Part shown: positions 1 through 9,746 of the stretch, piece by piece
Numbering within the stretch: the stretch's first letter is position 1
Layout: each line of letters begins with the position of its first letter
From: a virus
DNA: 64,000 nt
Strand: one strand, 5' to 3'
Virus record (IMG/VR): IMGVR_UViG_3300033141_004211
Span: 1 to 64,000 of that record
The notes under the pieces: model-generated
The model's database searches: none
What the model saw: only the letters and a program-made list of their open reading frames with translations
What the model was told of the DNA's origin: nothing
Made by a program: the position numbers and the translations under genes

Positions 1-1561
1 CCACTTGTGCCACTGAATCCCGCTGGCGCTCTTCACCAACCCCTAGCTCCTCACGCCAGTCCTGCCTTTGGAAAACATAGACCGGGGGACCCCACCAAAC
101 CCTCTCGCTAAGGTCAAGCATGTTCTTGTGCTTGAAAAGGTGCACAGAACCATGCCGTGATGCAGATACGCTACCGAAGAAACAGCTACCAACCTGATCG
201 CTCAACTGATTGTACAGGGAGGCTTCAGTAATATCTAGGAAACCAAGAGCCTTCTGCGCGTTGACATCACTGGCAAAGAAGCAGTCAGTGACATCCTTCA
301 GATTAGACCTAAACTCAGACAGATACCAACATACATCTTCCACGGTCATGTCCTGAAACTGGTGCCAGCGCGTAGGAGCCCCAGCAGTGGACTCGCAGTT
401 GACGGGCCATAGAATGATGTCCTTCATCCACTGCTCAATAGTGCGGGCCTCGAACGTCACGGTGCTTTTCTCGAAATCCACAGTCACGCTATCCGCACGG
501 ATGTGACCAATGAAAAGGATACCCTCCTGACCATACCAGCCACCAATACTCTCTCTCTCCCCACCATACCAATCCTCGGCATAGAGGATCACGAGCGCGT
601 TGTCAGGGAACTCATTTCTATCAGCGGTCCCGAAGACTTTGATCTTAGCACTCCAGCCTGAGCCGTACTTTCCCTCCAGGCTCTCGACCTGGAAGTCAGT
701 ATACGGTGGGTCGGAACCCTCACCAGGGCGGTCCCTGACTAAGACCGGCCTCACAGCAGTATGCTGAGCGAAGGGGACACCGTAGGCATCATTGCCCGCC
801 TTACCACTGTCATCTGTGACAGTGAGGGTGACATTGTAGTCACCGGACGCCAGCCACCGCATCCTGACTGGGGTAGTGTCTGGACTACCAGCGATGCTCA
901 CACCATCAGGTGTCTCCCCGCCATCCGCGCCCCAGAGATATGCAGTGATGCTGTTACCACCCCTCCCGTGACTCCTCCAACCGTAAAAGGGAATGTACTC
1001 ACCAGTCCAGGCGACCCGAGGGGAACCCATCAAGGCCACCGGACGGTCGAGATAGTTCGCACTGAAAGCTATGCCGTACCCAGGAATCCCGGCCGCGCCT
1101 AGCAAGGTGTCAGGATTGCCATCCTCATACACGGTCCCGGATACAATGTACGGCAACTTGCGGTACAAGCGGTAGACACCATCAACCCAGATATAATCCC
1201 CAGCAACGAGGTAGCCTTCAGCACTCAGGTTGTTAGGCTCCAGGCACAGACGGTTATTGGCGGCATCCACCAATCTGATGCGTACAGAACCGTATAGGAA
1301 AGGATCACCCTGGGTACCAACGCCCAACGTCATATTGGGACGTATATCAGAATTCTGCAAAAAGTTCGCCGCGTTGAAAGTCAGCGTGTGCTCATCCGAA
1401 TCGTAGGCGTCGCCAGCTACCAACTGATAATGCTGCCCGATCATCAAGGGTGGGGGGGAATCGGCTCTCTCCTTACCCCTCTGTACAAAAAGGTAGACCC
1501 TGGCGAAATTACGCTCTTTCTGACGGAGTTGCGCAACCTGGGTCGCTGTTGGCCATCTCAT
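1..1561 (-). CDS. Tail tip/baseplate-associated protein with PKD/Ig-like repeat (3' end cut by window edge)
   Basis: Absent from the ORF track because no stop lies inside the window. My translation of the minus strand from ATG 1561-1559 stays open to position 1 (MRWPTATQVAQLRQKERNF...). It has a PKD-like signature, YNVTLTVTDDSGKAGND. The start overlaps the upstream stop (TGATG). The gene lies downstream of the tape measure. Confidence 0.6.
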   Translation of the reverse strand, partial: MRWPTATQVAQLRQKERNFARVYLFVQRGKERADSPPPLMIGQHYQLVAGDAYDSDEHTLTFNAANFLQNSDIRPNMTLGVGTQGDPFLYGSVRIRLVDAANNRLCLEPNNLSAEGYLVAGDYIWVDGVYRLYRKLPYIVSGTVYEDGNPDTLLGAAGIPGYGIAFSANYLDRPVALMGSPRVAWTGEYIPFYGWRSHGRGGNSITAYLWGADGGETPDGVSIAGSPDTTPVRMRWLASGDYNVTLTVTDDSGKAGNDAYGVPFAQHTAVRPVLVRDRPGEGSDPPYTDFQVESLEGKYGSGWSAKIKVFGTADRNEFPDNALVILYAEDWYGGERESIGGWYGQEGILFIGHIRADSVTVDFEKSTVTFEARTIEQWMKDIILWPVNCESTAGAPTRWHQFQDMTVEDVCWYLSEFRSNLKDVTDCFFASDVNAQKALGFLDITEASLYNQLSDQVGSCFFGSVSASRHGSVHLFKHKNMLDLSERVWWGPPVYVFQRQDWREELGVGEERQRDSVAQV

Positions 1562-1956
1562 CAGTCTGCCGAAACCTCCACAATCCCACGAAAACGAACT
1601 TTGACGTTAATGAACCACTGTCCATCTGTACGTCGCAAAAACTCACCATCTGGTCTATACATGACCGCTCTGTATGCACGAAAGACCGGACTGCCTTGAC
1701 TATCAACTTCCCTTGTCTTCGTGCGAACGTACACATTGGCAGTCGCCCCGGGGCAGAACGTGAGAAGTTGATACATCTCTTCGCCACTCAAGGGGCGATC
1801 CCCGTAGTCCCACTCAATATCAACATACCCTAACTCCACACGGCTGCCATCTCCAGCGAAAACCTCTTGGCCGTACTCCCTGAAACTGGACTTGGGTTCG
1901 GCAGCGACGAAGGTCCAACCTTCACCCATCGTTCTCTTTATAGCAAACCTGGCCAT
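1561..1956 (-). CDS. Small tail-associated protein (distal tail position)
   Basis: 131-aa ORF. Its ATG overlaps the tape measure stop (TGATG). It sits between the tape measure and the tail tip gene. No motif recognised. Confidence 0.55.
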   Translation of the reverse strand: MARFAIKRTMGEGWTFVAAEPKSSFREYGQEVFAGDGSRVELGYVDIEWDYGDRPLSGEEMYQLLTFCPGATANVYVRTKTREVDSQGSPVFRAYRAVMYRPDGEFLRRTDGQWFINVKVRFRGIVEVSAD

Positions 1957-4900
1957 CAGGCAGCACCCCCGTACACCTTGCCAAGAGCACCATACACGGT
2001 GTTCTCCATCTGGGCGGCGAGCTCAGCCCTGTCCTTAGCAGAAATACTCGCATCCCAATAGTTCGTGATCTGCAATTGCACAGCACCGCCCACACTACCT
2101 ACAGCTGTCGGGGCACCGACAGCGACACCGGCGAGTGCCCCTTGGAGCGTCGGAACACCGCCAGTAATACCAGACACTACTCCCTGCATCATGCCGGTGC
2201 TGGTAGCTACGACGCCTTGCTCCATCTTGCCAAACGCGGTTTCTATCTGCCCGATCATTTCTGGGATAACACTCCCACCAATGAGCGTCTCCTTGAGAGA
2301 ACCGAACAAGGCAATTGCCTCATCTGTCAGTGAGCTAATCCAGGCTACGACATCATCGCGGAGACCAATAAATGAAGCCACGATGTCGTCCTTGAACTGG
2401 CGTATGCCAATGCGAATCTCATCAAGCTTCACGCCAAAGATCGTCGTGGCATCCCCAAAGAGGTCCTCTATAATCCCCAGCACCCCCTCCGCTGCGCCCG
2501 AAATCAGGCCTACAAAGGATGCACAGAAACCAGTCACGAGGTCAACCCCCATGCTGGAAAGGCTGCCGAGAATGTCCAAAATGGCCTCAATCCCTTGCTC
2601 CATGTAGAACTTAACCTTCTCCCACGCAGCGGCTGGACCTTCGGCAAACAGCGTCCACAAGATGTCAAGCGGACCTATCACAGCGGTCATTATGAAGGAG
2701 GCTAGGCTACCGAGTAAATTGATAAAGTCAGCAAGCAAAGCCCCAACGAAAGGCAGCGCTGCACCAAGCATCTGGAAGGCAGCCATTACTACGGTGCCAA
2801 GGATGCCGCCAACTAACTTGAAAACAATCACAAGCACATTCCACAGCTTCGCCAGCCCATCTATAACCGGTCCCCAGCGGCTGGTGTCTATGGAAGCTAA
2901 GAACTCATCTACAAACCCCTTCGCTCCCTCAAACAGGTCCCACAGTGACTCCTTGCCATACACCCACAGGAAACGTAAGGTCGAAATCAGGGCCGCAATA
3001 ATAGCAGCGAGCACCCCAATGGCCAAGCCCAGCTCACCAGCCCCAGTAGCCCCAGCAAACAGGAAAGACCAAATTCCCTCCAACCCACCGACAAGCCCAC
3101 CAATGCCGCCGACACCACCGCTAATGGCGCCGACGATACCCTGGATAATGAGACCACCAATCCCAATCCCGAAACGTATGAGGGTGGGGCCAAGCTTTAG
3201 CAAAAGCCCAGCCCCAAAGAGACCAGCAAGGCCACCAGCCACCACTCCCTCACCGCCAAGGCTGCCAAGCTTCTCACCAAGAGGCTCTAGGGCCTCTCCC
3301 ACCTGTTTGATCGCATCCACGACCTTCATAAAGGAATCGTGGAGGCGCTTGCCGGCGCTGAACATCCCACGTTCCTCGGCGGTCATGTCCTTAAGCTGCT
3401 CGTCCATCTCGGCACCTGTGAGGCCCATCCAGAAGGCCCGCCAGATACCGAAGACTTTCTTGGTCTCCTCCCCAATCTTACCAACGCTCTCGGCAATACC
3501 GCCGAGAGATTCGTCAAATGCTAGGGCTTCCGGGGTAAGCTCACCCAGATCAAGACCAAGCTCCGCAACACCACCCTTCTCTTCCTTGTACAGCCCGACA
3601 ATCTTCTGCTTCTGGGCAATGACAGACTCAAGCCAATCCGCTTCCTCCTTCGCCAGGTTGCGCTTAGCTTGGGCAGCAGCAACCTGGGCATCCAATTCAT
3701 CCTTTACATGACGCCTACGAATCTCAAACTGCTCTCGCTCAATCTCCTGACGCCCTTTGATGGACTCGCGTTCCTTCTGGGCAGCGCGAAGCTCAGCCTC
3801 CAGTTGCCGCTTCCTACCCCTGGTAAACCTCTCCGGGATCTCAGCGGATTGCTCACGGAAATCCTGGAGGGCTTCTTCAGCAGCTTTTACGCGCTCATCA
3901 GCAACGCGAATCTCTTCCTTCTGCCGAACCTGGATACGAAGGGATTCCTCCTCGAGATCACGCGTAGCTTTCTTGCGGGCCATCTCGGCCTGAGCGAGAG
4001 AGCTATCTACCCTGGCAGCCTCGATGCGCAATCGGAGATAGCGCTCGATCTCACCGGTGTCGTCATGTATAGCCTCACGCAGGTCTTGCCACGCCTCGGC
4101 ACTGGCCTCACCACTGACGCTGGCTTCCTCGATAACCCGCGCAAGGGCTACCCGCGCCTTGATCAGAGCTTCAGACAGCCCAGCCTCGCCGCCGAAATCC
4201 AGCGTGCTGAGATGCTCAGCAATCTTGTCCCCAACGTCATCAAGGATGCTAAAGTCCGCCATTGTCATGCCACGCAGGAACTCATCAATGGCAGACTGAC
4301 CCCACTGCACGATCTCAGGCAAAACGACCGGCGGTGAACCAGGAGCAAGCAAGCCAGCTATGGCCTGAGCCACGTAATGTATCGCCTGCACCACATAGCC
4401 AAGACCATCAATGATACCCTGAGCAAAAGCACCTATCGCCTCAGCCCCCCACTGCGCCATCTTGCCTATCACGTCAGTCAGCCCAATCATGCGCTCGGCC
4501 ACCCAATCAAGGGCTTGGGACGCAAGGTCGGAAAACGCCAACACAGCGTCAGCTAGGGTCTCGATGTGATAGCGAGCAGTCACCCATCTATACGCTGCGT
4601 ATGCCACGGCAAGTAGGGCAAGAGTAAGAGGATTCAAGGCGACACTGACGATTAAAGAGCCAAGTGAGAGGATTTTACCAAGAAAAAGCAATGTGGGGCC
4701 TAGCGCCACGCCAACACCAACCAATGCAACGATCCATTTCTTCGTCGCATCACTCATATCAGCAAACCCACGCACAATGGGGACGAGGGCCTTCACAAGC
4801 GCGGTCAGCCCAGGCAATACCACCTCTGCAAGGGAAATGCCAAGCACCTCAAGAGCAGACTTCAGGCGCGATACCTGGGCAGAGAAGCTCTTATACTGCT

Positions 4901-5855
4901 GCACACGAGCCCGCTCCATTGCTCCTTCAGCGGACTCACCGAAGTAGGCAATGTTCCGGGATAGTTCTTGCGCATCATCAGCAGCGAGGGGAATGATCGC
5001 ACGCCAAGCGCGTATGTCACCAGCCATTTTGATGATTTTGTCAGCCGATTCACCAGAGGCACGTGCAATCAGCCGGATGACGCCGTCGAAACCAAGTGCT
5101 TGCAAGGCCGCCAGCCCAGATTCGTATCCAGCGGCCTCGAATACTTTGGCCATCTCCTCGGTCGGATCAAGAATCCTGCGGATTGCGGCCCTTAGAGAGA
5201 CGGAAGCCTCGGCAGCGTTCAGCCCAGCGCTTCTAAGAACGGCCATCGAAGCGTTGACTTCCTCGATGCTCATCCCAGCCATCGCTGCCGCAGGGATCAC
5301 TGCACCCAACGTATGAGTCAACTCTGCAAATGTACCAGCACCATGCTGGCTGGCGAAGATGAACTTGTCTATGACAGACTGCGCGTCTGCCACAGAGAGC
5401 TTATAAGCGCGCATCACGGCGATGAGTAGGCGCGTGGTCTCAGCAGTCGTGGTCAGACCAGCACCAGCAGCGTGGGAGGCGACACTGAGAAGCTCCATCG
5501 TATCCTCAGCGCTAGTGCCAGCATGGACTATCATCAGCAAGGAGCGAGCAACATCTGCCGAGGAAGCGCGTGTGGTTAGGGAAAGGTCCAAAACCTCCTG
5601 TCTGAGGTTCCTGAACTCATCTTCCGACAACAAGAGGGTTGCGTTGACATTGCGCATCTCCTTATCAAAATCAACAGCGACCCTCCCCACAACGCCGGCA
5701 ATCCCAGCCAACGGTGCAGAGATCAGCAGCGAGGTTCTCATCCCCCAAGCTGTAAGCTTTGACGCGGCGGAATCTAATGCACCGCTCAGCGCGGTGAAAA
5801 ACGTGCCTGTTTGTAGAACCAGACCTACTGAGAGGTCAGCAACGTGCCCAGCCAA
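1956..5855 (-). CDS. Tail tape measure protein
   Basis: 1299 aa. The N-terminal region resembles the TP901-type TMP core (GTFAELTHTLGAVIPAAAMAGMSIEEVNASMAVLRSAGLNAAEA). The centre is a long E/R/A-rich coiled coil, followed by glycine-rich hydrophobic segments. The gene sits downstream of chaperone-like genes. Confidence 0.9.
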   Translation of the reverse strand: MAGHVADLSVGLVLQTGTFFTALSGALDSAASKLTAWGMRTSLLISAPLAGIAGVVGRVAVDFDKEMRNVNATLLLSEDEFRNLRQEVLDLSLTTRASSADVARSLLMIVHAGTSAEDTMELLSVASHAAGAGLTTTAETTRLLIAVMRAYKLSVADAQSVIDKFIFASQHGAGTFAELTHTLGAVIPAAAMAGMSIEEVNASMAVLRSAGLNAAEASVSLRAAIRRILDPTEEMAKVFEAAGYESGLAALQALGFDGVIRLIARASGESADKIIKMAGDIRAWRAIIPLAADDAQELSRNIAYFGESAEGAMERARVQQYKSFSAQVSRLKSALEVLGISLAEVVLPGLTALVKALVPIVRGFADMSDATKKWIVALVGVGVALGPTLLFLGKILSLGSLIVSVALNPLTLALLAVAYAAYRWVTARYHIETLADAVLAFSDLASQALDWVAERMIGLTDVIGKMAQWGAEAIGAFAQGIIDGLGYVVQAIHYVAQAIAGLLAPGSPPVVLPEIVQWGQSAIDEFLRGMTMADFSILDDVGDKIAEHLSTLDFGGEAGLSEALIKARVALARVIEEASVSGEASAEAWQDLREAIHDDTGEIERYLRLRIEAARVDSSLAQAEMARKKATRDLEEESLRIQVRQKEEIRVADERVKAAEEALQDFREQSAEIPERFTRGRKRQLEAELRAAQKERESIKGRQEIEREQFEIRRRHVKDELDAQVAAAQAKRNLAKEEADWLESVIAQKQKIVGLYKEEKGGVAELGLDLGELTPEALAFDESLGGIAESVGKIGEETKKVFGIWRAFWMGLTGAEMDEQLKDMTAEERGMFSAGKRLHDSFMKVVDAIKQVGEALEPLGEKLGSLGGEGVVAGGLAGLFGAGLLLKLGPTLIRFGIGIGGLIIQGIVGAISGGVGGIGGLVGGLEGIWSFLFAGATGAGELGLAIGVLAAIIAALISTLRFLWVYGKESLWDLFEGAKGFVDEFLASIDTSRWGPVIDGLAKLWNVLVIVFKLVGGILGTVVMAAFQMLGAALPFVGALLADFINLLGSLASFIMTAVIGPLDILWTLFAEGPAAAWEKVKFYMEQGIEAILDILGSLSSMGVDLVTGFCASFVGLISGAAEGVLGIIEDLFGDATTIFGVKLDEIRIGIRQFKDDIVASFIGLRDDVVAWISSLTDEAIALFGSLKETLIGGSVIPEMIGQIETAFGKMEQGVVATSTGMMQGVVSGITGGVPTLQGALAGVAVGAPTAVGSVGGAVQLQITNYWDASISAKDRAELAAQMENTVYGALGKVYGGAA

Positions 5856-5868
5856 TTAGAGCCTCACA

Positions 5869-6396
5869 CTACATCACCTGCTCTATCTTCTCCACTACCT
5901 CAACACCCGGAATGTTTATGCGATAACGCTTAAGCAAATACTGAAACGCCTCAATCATTCTCTGCGTAAGCACGGAGAAATCATTCAGCTTGTCCAACTC
6001 CTCAATGCACGCCAGAATTTCCTCTGGTCCGACATCATCCCAGAAGAAATCGGCAAGCTCTCCCTCTTCTGGAAAGTTCATCAAGCACGCCAGAATCTTA
6101 ACCAGCGTTTCAGGAACAGACACAAGCATCTCTCCGATTCTGGCGTTGACCATACTGCGAATTTCCTTCTCCAATTGCTCCCGTGTGATCCTTCCTTGGC
6201 GATACTCAGTGATAGCATCAGAGCCAAGGATTGCCGCGAGAATCTCCTTTATGTACGGCTCGGCCAAGCGCACAGCACGAATGGTCGAAGCCAAGGACAT
6301 CTTGTACACAGTGACATTTCGTCCACCCAACATGAGGGTGATACTAGGCGGCTCGTAACCTTCTGCTAATTCAGCTATCTTCGGTGCTCTACTCAT
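5869..6396 (-). CDS. Tail assembly chaperone candidate
   Basis: 175-aa acidic protein immediately upstream of the tape measure. This is a positional call only. Confidence 0.45.
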   Translation of the reverse strand: MSRAPKIAELAEGYEPPSITLMLGGRNVTVYKMSLASTIRAVRLAEPYIKEILAAILGSDAITEYRQGRITREQLEKEIRSMVNARIGEMLVSVPETLVKILACLMNFPEEGELADFFWDDVGPEEILACIEELDKLNDFSVLTQRMIEAFQYLLKRYRINIPGVEVVEKIEQVM

Positions 6397-6410
6397 CTCA
6401 TCGTCTCCTT

Positions 6411-7163
6411 CTATTCTGTGTGGACAGAAGCAGCCTTCTGTCCCTCTCTGATGGAAACCTCTCCAAGTTCCAATAGAGTCTTACCAGTCTTACCGTCAAT
6501 TATACTCCCCTTGTCGAAAACCAGGCCAGGGACGTAAGGCCCCTGTCTGGCCCTCTGTGCTCTCACGAGCCGCCCCCGCCTCTTCTTGCACCACAAAGGC
6601 GTGTAGGGCGACTCACGTGGAATGAGCTTATACTTGCCAGATTTCCTATTCGTGTACCGCTTATCATATCCTATCTCAGATGCGTAATAGACAGCATCCC
6701 GATCTGCCGCCACTTCTTCCCTAACTCTCTGCCAACAGAGGATAGCAAACTCAGGTGTCATCTCCCTGATCTCAGGCATCGAGAACCGGGAAGCCAAGGC
6801 GACGATCATTTCTACCAAAACATAGTTGTCAACATCCAGAGAAGTATCATCCCCATCACTACCGACTGACGCAAGGTCGGGGTCAAGGTATCTCAATTCG
6901 TTTAGCTTCCCTAGCACAACAAAAGCCGCCAGGCTATCATCTGCATCCGCAGAAGCATCAAGCCCGGCGGCCAACTCATTCGCCTTACAGATCAGTTCCA
7001 ACCCATCAGCCCACCTGCCCTCAGCGAAGGCACCAAGGCAGCGAGCCAAAAGGGTATCATATCGGAACCAATCCAGGAATCTCAGGCTTTCTACTTCTGC
7101 ATACCCATTATAGACTGTCAGGCCCGTTGTGCGCGGGACCATAAGGTCCAGCACGTCGGGCAT
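6411..7163 (-). CDS. Hypothetical protein (tail module)
   Basis: 250-aa ORF with an acidic N-terminal half and a basic C-terminal half. It lies between the tube candidate and the chaperone candidate. Confidence 0.55.
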   Translation of the reverse strand: MPDVLDLMVPRTTGLTVYNGYAEVESLRFLDWFRYDTLLARCLGAFAEGRWADGLELICKANELAAGLDASADADDSLAAFVVLGKLNELRYLDPDLASVGSDGDDTSLDVDNYVLVEMIVALASRFSMPEIREMTPEFAILCWQRVREEVAADRDAVYYASEIGYDKRYTNRKSGKYKLIPRESPYTPLWCKKRRGRLVRAQRARQGPYVPGLVFDKGSIIDGKTGKTLLELGEVSIREGQKAASVHTE

Positions 7164-7364
7164 CTATCTTTTCTTCCCGTTTCTGTAGACAATCACGGCA
7201 TTTAGGACCCCTAGCGCACTATTGACGAACGTCCCCGCCACGAGAAGTTTAACCCACCACTCGACCCAGCCCATACGGGCAGCAAGAGTACCAATCTCCC
7301 TGTTCAAAGTCTCAACGTGCTGGGAAAGCTCCCTATAGAGCGTCCAGAGAGTGTCAACATCCAT
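7164..7364 (-). CDS. Small membrane-anchored protein
   Basis: 66 aa with one C-terminal hydrophobic helix (WWVKLLVAGTFVNSALGVLNAVIVY). It abuts the next gene. Confidence 0.45.
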   Translation of the reverse strand: MDVDTLWTLYRELSQHVETLNREIGTLAARMGWVEWWVKLLVAGTFVNSALGVLNAVIVYRNGKKR

Positions 7365-7380
7365 GCCACGCCCCTTGCGA

Positions 7381-8016
7381 CTAGACGATTAGCACATCGT
7401 CATACCTCATCAGCGCCAGATACCCACCGTACGTGCTGCTATAACGCACGTCAATTGTCAACTCGGCACTGTAGCCCTCGTCATAGTTGGTCGTGATATC
7501 GCCCAAGGTGAGCTCCGCTTCAAAAGCTAGGATACCGATGTACTCATCAGCGTCACTCGTGGCCTGGTCATAATGATGCTCGAACAAAACGGGCATCACA
7601 TTAGAGACCAAATCACCAATGACGAGACGCTCAATGTGATGGGCACCAGAGACCTGATAGTTGCCAACACTCTGCCGCATGAAGCGCCTGAGCAGATACA
7701 GGTCTATCACGTCATCAGTGACCGTGAGTGTGACCTGATAGCCGTTCAGATTCTTGTCAGGAACACGGACTCCATCACAGAAGTTGTCAAAGTCGCTATA
7801 CTGCGGGGCGAAAGTGATCTCTCGATAGCATCCCAAACGCAGCACCTCGTTGACGCTATTGTCAAGACCGTAGTACGTCAGCGGTCCGGTCGCGGTGACA
7901 ACAGTCCGCGTGTCCACAGAACCACCAACGAACACCCAGGGCCAACGCGAGAGCTGATACCCCTTAGCGGTGCGGGTGGTACCACTACCGGTCACCAGTT
8001 GAACAGTGTCTGCCAT
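7381..8016 (-). CDS. Major tail (tube) protein candidate
   Basis: 211 aa, in the canonical position between the neck genes and the chaperone/TMP genes. No sheath-sized ORF is nearby, which suggests a non-contractile tail. Confidence 0.45.
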   Translation of the reverse strand: MADTVQLVTGSGTTRTAKGYQLSRWPWVFVGGSVDTRTVVTATGPLTYYGLDNSVNEVLRLGCYREITFAPQYSDFDNFCDGVRVPDKNLNGYQVTLTVTDDVIDLYLLRRFMRQSVGNYQVSGAHHIERLVIGDLVSNVMPVLFEHHYDQATSDADEYIGILAFEAELTLGDITTNYDEGYSAELTIDVRYSSTYGGYLALMRYDDVLIV

Positions 8017-8028
8017 TTCATACCTCCA

Positions 8029-8229
8029 TTAACCGCTCAGAATTCCTTCTAACTCTTGCAAAAACCTCGCCAAAATCTTGCACTTCTGCCCCGCTTGACA
8101 AGGCTCCTCTGCCACCTTCCTCCACTTGTCCAAGAAATCAATCAAGTTCATCTCTAAACTGCCAACCTCATTGACGGACACTTTGCTGTCTTCACCTTCG
8201 ATAAGGATGCTAATCTGCACAGCCATCAC
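8029..8229 (-). CDS. Hypothetical protein
   Basis: 66-aa ORF overlapping the upstream gene stop by 4 nt. Confidence 0.4.
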   Translation of the reverse strand: MMAVQISILIEGEDSKVSVNEVGSLEMNLIDFLDKWRKVAEEPCQAGQKCKILARFLQELEGILSG

Positions 8230-8684
8230 GCATACACCGCCTTACACCGAAACGTGCTGGGAAGTTCCCAGCCTTCCTCCCTGCGAGTCTGCCCACCACG
8301 GCTAAGGAACTCTACGCCCCTTAGAAAAATGGTCCTACCACTCACACCAACTGCCTTCACAGAGGCATCATCAAGTGCACTCTCTAGCACCCCAAGCCAT
8401 TCACTGGCCAGGGAGGACGCTGCGCCAGAGTACTGGACGTAGAGAGTGAAACGGGTCTCATAAAACGTGCTCCGACATGAGAGCCCGGGTGTGCTCTCTG
8501 CCACAGGGTCTATGTCAATCAGCACACCCAAATCAAGGAAGGGCGCGAACGGTTGCCACTCCCTGAAGCGCGTTCCGCTAAGGTCGAGACCGTGCTGAAG
8601 TGCCCAGCCTTGCACATCGGGGGCAGCCTTGAGTATAGCAAACAGCCCGGCCCTGATGTCGGCAGAGGTAGGAATAGTCAACAC
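8226..8684 (-). CDS. Neck/tail terminator candidate
   Basis: 152 aa, downstream of the gp10-like gene. Positional call. Confidence 0.4.
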   Translation of the reverse strand: MLTIPTSADIRAGLFAILKAAPDVQGWALQHGLDLSGTRFREWQPFAPFLDLGVLIDIDPVAESTPGLSCRSTFYETRFTLYVQYSGAASSLASEWLGVLESALDDASVKAVGVSGRTIFLRGVEFLSRGGQTRREEGWELPSTFRCKAVYA

Positions 8685-8687
8685 CCT

Positions 8688-9071
8688 CTACCCTCCAATC
8701 AACATCTCCCTCACCGCCTCGCGAACCGTCGGCATGGCACGCTCGACATTCGGGCGCAAGAAGGGAGCCTCGGTGTTCGGTGTCGTGAAATTCCTTATCG
8801 CAGCAATGTGGGCCCCATGCTTCTCAACGTCCTCCAGGAACTCAGCATGAGGCGCTCGCGCATACCAGGTGATGGAAATGTTCTTGGCAGCGGTCACATT
8901 GACGCGCTGATCTAAAGAAGCACGCAGTTCGCCAGTTAACATGGGCGTGCGGGGACGAATGTAATACTGCGTTACGTGCTTTGCCCATCTATCAGCAGCA
9001 GCACGCCCCCTATCCAGGAACTGCCTATCAGACACCCGCCTGATGACACGTGTACGCCGGACAACGGGCAT
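8688..9071 (-). CDS. HK97 gp10-like head-tail joining protein
   Basis: 127 aa with a pattern typical of the gp10 family (TPMLTGELRASL ... YARAPHAEFLEDVEKHG). Confidence 0.6.
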   Translation of the reverse strand: MPVVRRTRVIRRVSDRQFLDRGRAAADRWAKHVTQYYIRPRTPMLTGELRASLDQRVNVTAAKNISITWYARAPHAEFLEDVEKHGAHIAAIRNFTTPNTEAPFLRPNVERAMPTVREAVREMLIGG

Positions 9072-9074
9072 AAC

Positions 9075-9491
9075 CTACCCTTTCGCTACAAGCTGGTCAT
9101 TGATGTATTGTACCTTATCCTCCCCAAGCTCACTGCAAAGGCATACCACATGATAAGTGATACCACCCTGCGGGCCATGGGAAGGAATTATCGTCTCAAC
9201 CCGAAGGATGCTGCCATACCAGCCGGAGTCCTGGTCGGTTACAACAAGGTACAGCCACGGCTCAGCGTTCTGGTAGGAGAAGAACCACGTGTTTGTGGGC
9301 AGATTCCTCACCAAGACACTGACATCATACTGCACCTCCTCACCCACTCCGAGACGGCGCAATCTGCCCTTCGCTTTCGACAGAAGGGCGCGTATCGTGC
9401 CCAAGGGACCTGTGACCTGAAGCTGCACACCACCAGCAGCGTCGGTTACAGGAGTGATATGCCAGAGCTGAGCTTCATAGAGAGTGCGCAC
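9075..9491 (-). CDS. Head closure/adaptor candidate
   Basis: 138 aa with a GTG start, in the neck gene position. Confidence 0.4.
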   Translation of the reverse strand: MRTLYEAQLWHITPVTDAAGGVQLQVTGPLGTIRALLSKAKGRLRRLGVGEEVQYDVSVLVRNLPTNTWFFSYQNAEPWLYLVVTDQDSGWYGSILRVETIIPSHGPQGGITYHVVCLCSELGEDKVQYINDQLVAKG

Positions 9492-9496
9492 ATCAC

Positions 9497-9745
9497 CTAC
9501 GCCCCCTCTAACTGCAACCTGACACGGTACACAGTCCCAGTCCCAGAACCCTGGGAGTCAGTCAGGTAGATGTCCACGATGTTCCCATAACCGGGGTTCA
9601 GATAGGTGAACCCATCACCATTCGGGAACTCGTTGAAATCCCCACCAGGCCCAGCGTCTATCACTGCCGTTTTCGCATCAGCAATATTGGCATACGCAGT
9701 GGTCGTCACGAAACCAGACTTGAAATGCCTAACGTCCATTGACAC
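9497..9745 (-). CDS. Hypothetical small protein
   Basis: 82-aa ORF. A GGAGGT Shine-Dalgarno lies 8 nt upstream of the GTG start. Confidence 0.45.
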   Translation of the reverse strand: MSMDVRHFKSGFVTTTAYANIADAKTAVIDAGPGGDFNEFPNGDGFTYLNPGYGNIVDIYLTDSQGSGTGTVYRVRLQLEGA

Positions 9746-9746
9746 G

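Noticed and set aside
2065-5859. Many long plus-strand ORFs (for example 2662-3711 at 349 aa, and 3669-4337 at 222 aa) opposite the tape measure gene.
   Set aside because: Their translations are low-complexity and rich in Pro, Ser and Ala. They lie entirely antisense to a 1299-aa gene with clear TMP features, so they are shadow ORFs.
6396-7163. A programmed -1 frameshift between the tail chaperone genes.
   Set aside because: The two ORFs upstream of the tape measure are separated by a 14-nt gap. I saw no overlapping extension frame and no obvious slippery heptamer.
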